Assembly: GCA_050253415.1 (NCBI GenBank)
Contig: JBFWJC010000001.1
Span: forward strand, 680,679 to 744,678
DNA: 64,000 bases
Reading direction: 5' to 3'
DNA from: Pedobacter sp.
Lineage (GTDB): Bacteria > Desulfobacterota > Desulfuromonadia > Desulfuromonadales > Syntrophotaleaceae
Part shown: in pieces, positions 57,692 to 64,000 of the stretch
Layout: each line of letters starts with the position of its first letter
How positions within the stretch are numbered: the stretch's first letter is position 1
Translations under genes and position numbers: made by a program
Notes under the pieces: model-generated
Database searches by the model: none
Seen by the model: the letters and a program-made list of their open reading frames with translations, nothing else
What the model was told of the DNA's origin: nothing

Positions 57692-59959
57692 TTACATTTC
57701 CTTCAGCAGTTTAACCGTCTGGCGGGCTGCTTCAGCAGGAACCAGACCGGTATCGGAAATACCGGACAAAACCTTGGAAGAGTCGTGGTCGACAGTACCT
57801 GCTTTAGCCCAGGTGCTGGGAGCGACTTTGACCAGATAAGCGGAGAAGGCATGATGGCCGCTACCCGGGCGTTCGCCGATGAGATGAACAATGGCCTTAG
57901 GAGTGGTGCCAGCTTTGGTAAACAAAACTTCACCAGCTTTGTAGCCAGCGCGAACGCGGCCGCCGGTCACGACGATGTTTTTATCGGACAGGGTCAATCC
58001 GGCTTTTTTGCACTGTTTTTTCAGTTCGTTCAGGTAAGGCATCAGGTGCCCATCATCCATGATCGCCTTGGCGTTCAGACCGTCGGAGATGACAACCTGT
58101 ACGTCAGGGGCTTTGTTGCCCCAAGAGGCAGACAGTTTGCCCAGGGTGGCAACAGCCGCGTCGGACAACTCTTCACCGGTGCCCGGTGCGGAGATGTAGT
58201 TTTCGCGATCGTGAGCCTGAGATTTAATGCTCACGGCATTGGGGATGGAACCGATGAATTCAGGAGTGAACTCGGCCCACAGGCTGATTTTGGCGTCGTC
58301 ATACAGGTCGTGGATACGCTTGTTGGTGACAGGTTCCAGATCCCATACGTTTTCGCCATAGCCTACGGCCAGGTCGACACCGCGGCTGCGTACGTTTTTA
58401 ATGGATTGCTGGCCTTCAGCATAGATTTCCTTGAAGGAGCGGGTGTCACCTTTGGCCTGACGGAATTTGTAGTAAACCCAGGCAGGATCGCCAAAGTGCT
58501 TGGTCGGTTTGCCGTTGGCGTCGATGACTTCGATTTTTTTGTAGAAGTCCCACATGGCGTCGTTGACTTTAAAGCCGAATTTTTCGCGCAGGCGCACGTG
58601 GTCCTGGAAACCGGTGGTCAGGTAGCTGAGCATCGGGTCGTTACGGGTCGGCAGAGCCATCAGGTAGGCCGGGTTGGCCGGGGCGATCTGATCCTGGCAC
58701 CAGGCCAGGTCGTCGAGGGTTACAGGCATATGCAGGGTCGAGCAGATGTCGAGACCCAGCACCAGGCCGTGCAGTTTACCCATGACGATGTCTTCCAGAC
58801 AGGCGCGTACCAGCTGTTCGCGGGTTTTGAAGACCTCGGGACCGATGAAGCCGGCCACGTCGTTGACGTGCAGCCATACCTGATCCTCGGTGACGCCCTT
58901 GGCTTTGGCGATTTCCTGTTTCAGGGCGCGAGAGAACCCGTATTTACGGGACTCGTGGACGACCATGTCGAAGCCGTGGCCGTGACCGTTGGTGTAGTCG
59001 GCACCCTGGCCGGTTTCGAAATAGAGGCCGTAGGGACCCTTACGCATTTTTGCGTAGTCGATCATTTTCTGGATGGTCAGGTCGAAGGTCTTGTTGGCGC
59101 TTTCGGTACCGGCGAGGCTCTGGAACCAGATAGCGGTGGAGCCGGGCTTGGCTTCTTCCGCGGCAGCCTGACCGTCGATGTGGGACAAAACACACCAGGG
59201 GATGGTTTTTTCCAGGCCGAAAGCATCGACGATTTCTTTAAGACCTTCTTCGACGCGCAGGGTTGCTTCGAGTTGGCTGTCGACCGGGTTGGTACCGATG
59301 ACGATGTCACCGACGCCATAGGCGAAGCCATTAAGCGTCTGCATCTGAATGTCTTCTTTGTTGTCGGTCGGCGAGTTGGGCTGAATGCGGGCGCCGATGT
59401 AACCCTTAGCGCCGATTTTGGTGCCGGGCAGGGTGTTGAAAATCTTCTGGCCAATGCGGGTCAGTTCGGCGTTGGACATCAGTTTGACCACGGAACCGAT
59501 CACATCGCTGTGCAGACCGCCCATAATGGCTTTGATGTCTGCTTCGGGCTTGGTGAGCAGAAAGTTTTTCAGCTCGCCCATGGTCATGTTTTTGATTTTG
59601 TTGTATTTAGCCTTGTCGGTGGTTTGGCGGATCAGGGTGTCCTGGCCATCCACGAACAGCGAATGATCGTTGAGGTCCTTGATCTTGGTGTTGGCCAGCA
59701 ATTTGCGGGCGTTTTCGCGGTCCGCTTCGGTGTCTGCCGCTACCCCGAGGGCCTCGTCGCCTTCTTTAAAGGCATTGGCGGCGCCGATTACCTGCTGATA
59801 GGTGGTTTGGTCAAACTTCCCTTTGGTGCGATTGATGTACTGCATGACGTCTTCACCGGGCTTGACGCTGCCGATGGTGACGGCTCCGGCCATGCTGGCC
59901 AGAAAGGTCATTACCAGTGCGCCGGTAATGCCTGCCACGAATTTCCCCTTTTGTAACAT
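57692..59959 (-). CDS. eutBC: Ethanolamine ammonia-lyase, fused large+small subunit (EutB-EutC), with N-terminal Sec-type signal peptide
   Basis: EutB motifs RIQPN, IGTNP, FQSLAG, YFETGQG, GFIGPE, LED..MGKL, MLSY.TT; EutC motifs DVQVVISDGL, RV, LIGERPG; GGAGG RBS; N-terminus MLQKGKFVAGITGALVMTFLASMAGA. Confidence 0.92.
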   Translation of the reverse strand: MLQKGKFVAGITGALVMTFLASMAGAVTIGSVKPGEDVMQYINRTKGKFDQTTYQQVIGAANAFKEGDEALGVAADTEADRENARKLLANTKIKDLNDHSLFVDGQDTLIRQTTDKAKYNKIKNMTMGELKNFLLTKPEADIKAIMGGLHSDVIGSVVKLMSNAELTRIGQKIFNTLPGTKIGAKGYIGARIQPNSPTDNKEDIQMQTLNGFAYGVGDIVIGTNPVDSQLEATLRVEEGLKEIVDAFGLEKTIPWCVLSHIDGQAAAEEAKPGSTAIWFQSLAGTESANKTFDLTIQKMIDYAKMRKGPYGLYFETGQGADYTNGHGHGFDMVVHESRKYGFSRALKQEIAKAKGVTEDQVWLHVNDVAGFIGPEVFKTREQLVRACLEDIVMGKLHGLVLGLDICSTLHMPVTLDDLAWCQDQIAPANPAYLMALPTRNDPMLSYLTTGFQDHVRLREKFGFKVNDAMWDFYKKIEVIDANGKPTKHFGDPAWVYYKFRQAKGDTRSFKEIYAEGQQSIKNVRSRGVDLAVGYGENVWDLEPVTNKRIHDLYDDAKISLWAEFTPEFIGSIPNAVSIKSQAHDRENYISAPGTGEELSDAAVATLGKLSASWGNKAPDVQVVISDGLNAKAIMDDGHLMPYLNELKKQCKKAGLTLSDKNIVVTGGRVRAGYKAGEVLFTKAGTTPKAIVHLIGERPGSGHHAFSAYLVKVAPSTWAKAGTVDHDSSKVLSGISDTGLVPAEAARQTVKLLKEM

Positions 59960-60082
59960 TCTGTTACCTCCGTCTCGTTTGATGGGGGTGCTATCCGGTC
60001 TGCGACAAACGTCGCAGGCGGAGCATGATGAGGTTAAAGTGTGGGAGATGTCTTTGATGATCAGCAACACCTCCCACAGCGC

Positions 60083-61201
60083 TTACTTACGCAGCTGCTT
60101 TGCTGCTTCCCACATTTCGTTGAAGGCCTGCTCGGTCTCGTCGCTGAGAACTCGCCACAGGGCTACGGTTTTGAAGTAGGCTTCGTCGCCTACGTGGAAC
60201 ATAGCTTTTTCCTCGGCATTGAGGATGTCGCCGGTGTCGGCCATGACAGGTGAAACACCCTGAGATTTGACAACGTCAGCCTGGCGTGCGGGATCGAGGG
60301 AGAAGTTGATCCATTCTTCGGCCAGGGTTTTGGTCATGTCCTTGGCGCCGGCGCCCACATACCAAGCGTCGATCCAGGCTGTACCGCCTTCGGCAGGGGT
60401 TGCCAGGCGCCAGTTGCCGCCTTTAAGGTTGGCGGCCTGGGCGGCGAAACCCCAGGTGGTGGCCAGTGCCAGTTCGGGGAATTCATCCGGATTGGCGGCG
60501 CCGTCCCACAGGCTCTTGGCATTTTTGGCCAGATCGTTGAGTTTTTCCTGAACCTTGGCGCGGTCGAGCTTGTTGATGTCGAAGATATCTTCATAGCCGT
60601 AACCGAGCGCCAGAGCCGAGATCCAGACATTAACCTTGGGGAAGTTATTGTTGATGGTGTACTGACCGGCATACTGGGGTTCCCACAGTACGTTCCAGCT
60701 GGTCGGGGCTTGGGCTACCTTGTCGCGGTTATATGCCAGACCGTAGGGGCCGCAGTTGTAAGGCACTCCGTAGCGCACGCCGTTATAGAAAGGCGTCTGG
60801 TCGTTGCGGAATACTTCCATCATTTTGGCCAGGTTGGGGATGTTGTTCACATCCACGGGCTGCACGTATTGCTGGCCTTCCTGGTAGGAGAAGAAACGCG
60901 GGATCTTGGGCAGTTCGATCGGCGGAGAGATCAAATCCGCGGTGTTGTCTTTGACGGCCTGGAAGAATTCGTCCTGGTCGGTCGGGTTGAAAATCTCGAC
61001 ATTGACATCGACGTTGTATTTGTCTTTGACCAGTTTCTGGAAATCCTCTACGTAGGGTTTGGCATAGCCGCCCCAGCAGGTAATGCGCAATGTTTCTTTT
61101 TGGGTCTCTGCCTTTTTGGTGCAGGCGGGGGTCAACAACAGGGCGCCTGCGGCCACTACGGCTGCGGTTGCGGAAACGGCTCCCCACAAAGTTTTCTTCA
61201 T
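60083..61201 (-). CDS. PotD/PotF-like (polyamine/amine) solute-binding lipoprotein
   Basis: Lipobox LTPAC, W.GY, YGVPY..G..GLAYN, PTSW..LW, P.EG...WID, A..WINF; GGAGG RBS. Confidence 0.85.
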   Translation of the reverse strand: MKKTLWGAVSATAAVVAAGALLLTPACTKKAETQKETLRITCWGGYAKPYVEDFQKLVKDKYNVDVNVEIFNPTDQDEFFQAVKDNTADLISPPIELPKIPRFFSYQEGQQYVQPVDVNNIPNLAKMMEVFRNDQTPFYNGVRYGVPYNCGPYGLAYNRDKVAQAPTSWNVLWEPQYAGQYTINNNFPKVNVWISALALGYGYEDIFDINKLDRAKVQEKLNDLAKNAKSLWDGAANPDEFPELALATTWGFAAQAANLKGGNWRLATPAEGGTAWIDAWYVGAGAKDMTKTLAEEWINFSLDPARQADVVKSQGVSPVMADTGDILNAEEKAMFHVGDEAYFKTVALWRVLSDETEQAFNEMWEAAKQLRK

Positions 61202-61371
61202 GATGTTCCTCCTGGCATGCGTCGTTTTCAGGAAAAGGGTGGTCCGGTTTGTACGCCAAAAATTCCGAGTTGCCTTTGTGGGCGAGCTGCGGAAATGGGG
61301 GCGAGGGCAATTCGTTCGCCTCTCGCCCCGTTGGTTGATCGGGGCGGTTGACGCCCATACTTCTTCTGAAC

Positions 61372-62109
61372 TTAGAAAGTAAAGGTCAGGTTAAGGGCCG
61401 CGGCCGATTCGGTGTCGATGAGCTCCTTGGCAGCGCTGCTGATCGGCGACGAGAAGATGACGATCGGGCTGAGGGTCAGCTGGTCGGTCAGGGCGTAATC
61501 AAGGCTGGCGCTCAGTTCGTAGTTATGCCATCCGGAGTAGTCGGCTACGGTGCCATCGGCATGCTGGTTGTAAGAAACCAGGGCGCCGAGATTCAAAGTA
61601 GTGTTGGGGACCCACTGGGTAAGGTCGAAGCTGTGGCTGACGTCAAAGCTGAAGAACAGGCCGTCTTCTTCGGCGCGGTCCCAGTCGTAAGAGATTTTCA
61701 GGTTCGGCGAAAGAAGGGTGTTGAGGGTGACGGTCGCGAACAGTTCGTTGGTGTCTTCCCCTTCGATCATGTACCAGATATCTCCGATCGATACGGAAAT
61801 AAGATCATTCACATCAAAGGCATAGGTCAGGATGACGTCGGTTTCGTTGAGCTCGCCAGCTTTCCAGTTGTCGCCACTGGTCAGCTGCCAGTTGTGCCAG
61901 GTGCTGAGGGTGAAACCGCCGCCGAGGGTCAGGTCCATGCCTGCCTGGATGGTCGGGCGGGAGTCACTCAGGTTAAATCCACGCCACATGTACTTGTCCC
62001 AGATGCCGGCGTAGGCATCGCCTTCAACTTCAATGGACGCCTGGGCCTGGCCGATAAAGCCGGCAGTCATCATAAAGACGGCGAGTAACAACACACTCCA
62101 CTTTTTCAT
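61372..62109 (-). CDS. Outer-membrane beta-barrel protein (TorF/TIGR02001-like putative porin)
   Basis: Signal peptide ending AQA, KYMWRG..L...P.IQ, E.D....Y, amphipathic strands, C-terminal LNLTFTF. Confidence 0.8.
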   Translation of the reverse strand: MKKWSVLLLAVFMMTAGFIGQAQASIEVEGDAYAGIWDKYMWRGFNLSDSRPTIQAGMDLTLGGGFTLSTWHNWQLTSGDNWKAGELNETDVILTYAFDVNDLISVSIGDIWYMIEGEDTNELFATVTLNTLLSPNLKISYDWDRAEEDGLFFSFDVSHSFDLTQWVPNTTLNLGALVSYNQHADGTVADYSGWHNYELSASLDYALTDQLTLSPIVIFSSPISSAAKELIDTESAAALNLTFTF

Positions 62110-62703
62110 AGGTTTTTACCTCCATATGGGGATGAAAAAGGGACGGGAGTTCTATCGGGCCACCCGAGGAATTCCTGTCCCACGAAAGCATATGCAAGGG
62201 CCCGGAACCCAAAGGCGCACCGGAAGCCGTTTGTCTTGAATGAAGGAGCGGTCGAGGCCGCAGACAGAGCTGTGCGGCGGCACGGGATGGTGTCGGTAGG
62301 TGGTGGATTGTGAAGCAATAAAGAATCAGGAATCGTGCGAAGCGTGTGTCGTTGGACCGGGGCAGGGCAGAACAACCATGGCAAAAGACGGCGCCAGCCT
62401 GTGTTATCGGCTGTCACCTTGACGTCTTTCCACATGTTCGCCACCAACCTGGTCATAATATACCGTGTCTGAGTAGGAGTGGCCGGCTTCCCACCGGATG
62501 TTCTTTTGCAACTCGAAGCGTTCACAGCAGAACAGGTTTTTAAGGGGTGCCGGTAAACGAAGTTCATCACCGTACTGAGGATAAAATACCTTATCAGGGG
62601 TATGCAGGAGTATCCCCCAACGGAGGGGAATTTAACTCACCAATTGGGGGGATTAAGGCAGGTTAGGGCAGTGAGAAGGGGGCATTCAAGAGGGTTACGG
62701 GGG

Positions 62704-63480
62704 TTACAGGGTCGGGATCGAGAGTACCTCGGCCAGTGCCTGGAGCAACGCCGGAAGATCCTGGAAGCGCGGGCCCGTACCGGAGACATCGGGTCGGCGC
62801 ACCGCGATAACAAGACATTGTTCCATCTGTGCCGCAAGCAGTTTATCCGGAACCCCGCCGGCCTTGCCACTGTCCTTGGTGACCAGAACGCCGATGTGGT
62901 GCTGGCGGATGTGCAAACGATTGCTGTCGACGGAAAACGGTCCCTTCCCCCAGATGATTTCATCGGGGGTCAGACCGGCCTGTTCCACGGCGTGGCGCGA
63001 TTCGGCATGGGGCAGCACCCGGGCCCGCAAGCGGGTGCCGGTCAGGCGTGCTTGTGCCACATAGGGTGCCAGGTGACGCGAACCGGTGGTCAGCAGCACC
63101 GGACGGCCGTCCGCGCAGGCCAGCGCGGCGGCGTGTTCGTGATCTTCGGCCCAGGTGACCGGATAATCGTTGAAATCGGAGGATGGCCGTTCCCAGCGCA
63201 GATAGGGCAGGTCGAGGGCTGCTGCGGCCTGTTGCGCCTGGGTCTGGGCCTGGCTGGCGTATGGATGCGCGGCATCGATGAGAACCCGTACCCCCCACTG
63301 GCGCATCACGTCCGCCATGGCCGTCGCATCGAGACGGCCATGACGGCGCTGCAGGCGCGGATGTTCCGGCAGTGCCAACGGTGCGTCCGTCGCCGTCGAC
63401 ACCAGCACCGGGTGGCCGGTTTCCAGCAGGGCGCTGGCCAGCGGGGCCGTTTCGCTGGTACCTCCGAGCAGCAAAATCAT
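62704..63480 (-). CDS. cobK: Precorrin-6A/cobalt-precorrin-6A reductase
   Basis: ILLLGGTSE, IDAAHPYA, LLTTGSR, GPFS, LVTKDSG..GG...K, RRP. Confidence 0.93.
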   Translation of the reverse strand: MILLLGGTSETAPLASALLETGHPVLVSTATDAPLALPEHPRLQRRHGRLDATAMADVMRQWGVRVLIDAAHPYASQAQTQAQQAAAALDLPYLRWERPSSDFNDYPVTWAEDHEHAAALACADGRPVLLTTGSRHLAPYVAQARLTGTRLRARVLPHAESRHAVEQAGLTPDEIIWGKGPFSVDSNRLHIRQHHIGVLVTKDSGKAGGVPDKLLAAQMEQCLVIAVRRPDVSGTGPRFQDLPALLQALAEVLSIPTL

Positions 63481-64000
63481 AATCGGTAGCCTCGTGGCGT
63501 GATCATCCAGCCGCCCAGTTGAAGAGAAGTACTGTTGCCGATGATGACCGTGCTGCGCATGCCGACGTCGGCTTTCAGCAACTGGCCGAGGGTGGTTAAT
63601 TCGATGCGTTCGTCAGCTTCGCCGATGGCGGTGACAATACCGACCGGCGTAGCGTCGTTGCGGTGGAATTGCATGATTTCGACGGCTTCTTCCAGTTGCA
63701 TAATGCGCTTTTTGCTGCGCGGATTGTACAGCGCAACCACCAGGTCGGCTTCGGCCAGTGCCGTCAGACGGCTGCGGATGGCATCCCAGGGAACCAGCAG
63801 ATCGCTCAGACTGATGCAGGCATAGTCAAGCATCAGCGGGGCGCCGAGGCGCGCCGCCGCCGAATTGGCGGCCGAGATGCCGGGCACGATTTCGATAGGC
63901 ACCTCAAAACCTTCGGCAGCCGCCATCTCCAGGGCCAGACCGGCCATGCCATAGACGCCGGGATCACCCGACGATACCAATGCCACCACGGCCCCCTGTG
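63477..64000 (-). CDS. cobJ: Precorrin-3B C17-methyltransferase (CobJ/CbiH), 5'-truncated by the window edge
   Basis: VSSGDPGVYGMA, GAPLM.D...ISLSDLL, YNPRS, IGNS, TPRGY. Confidence 0.92.
   Translation of the reverse strand, partial: QGAVVALVSSGDPGVYGMAGLALEMAAAEGFEVPIEIVPGISAANSAAARLGAPLMLDYACISLSDLLVPWDAIRSRLTALAEADLVVALYNPRSKKRIMQLEEAVEIMQFHRNDATPVGIVTAIGEADERIELTTLGQLLKADVGMRSTVIIGNSTSLQLGGWMITPRGYRL

Noticed and set aside
57557..59956. 799-aa plus-strand ORF
   Set aside because: Antisense shadow of the codon-biased eutBC gene; no motifs or RBS.
59960..60070. Longer 792-aa start for eutBC that would mask the signal peptide
   Set aside because: GGAGG SD sits 7 nt before ATG 59959; the upstream start has no SD and a non-protein-like extension.
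62380..62396. Possible sigma54 promoter TGGCGCCGTCTTTTGC (minus strand) for the eut operon
   Set aside because: GG-to-GC spacing is one base too long for the strict -24/-12 geometry.
62470..62510. CCGGTGGGAAGCCGG resembling part of a cobalamin riboswitch
   Set aside because: No B12 box, GCCACTG or AGGGAA elements in correct order.
62602..63489. 295-aa plus-strand ORF
   Set aside because: Antisense to cobK; no recognisable motifs.

Overview
About 60% GC chromosomal window from an anaerobic Desulfuromonadales deltaproteobacterium; the gene content suggests Pelobacter/Syntrophotalea (inference, not a database match). The left two-thirds (1-41 kb) is a mosaic of housekeeping and accessory genes: a histidine kinase and REC-PAS-GGDEF pair, an orphan HndC/NuoF-type flavoprotein, modF, ald, serA, an ELWxxDGT-repeat gene, tRNA-fMet, SAM-riboswitch-controlled metX, Rrf2, uup, a TetR-MoxR-VWA unit, an MCP, TetR plus squalene-hopene cyclase, sigma54-driven amt, sdhCAB and an mla operon. 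The right third (41.2-64 kb, all minus strand) is a coherent cobalamin/ethanolamine region. In transcription order it holds cobJ and cobK, an outer-membrane porin, an orphan lipoprotein solute-binding protein, and a fused EutB-EutC ethanolamine ammonia-lyase with a Sec-type signal peptide. These are followed by an unknown membrane protein, a Btu/Fec-type ABC transporter, six genes in mxaR-S-A-C-K-L-like order (MoxR/DUF58/VWA), an aldehyde:ferredoxin oxidoreductase plus MoaD under a Moco/Tuco riboswitch, and btuB-tonB under a cobalamin riboswitch. The main hypothesis is an exported (periplasmic) adenosylcobalamin radical enzyme with its own MoxR-VWA cofactor-loading or reactivation machinery, in place of the usual microcompartment and EutA.
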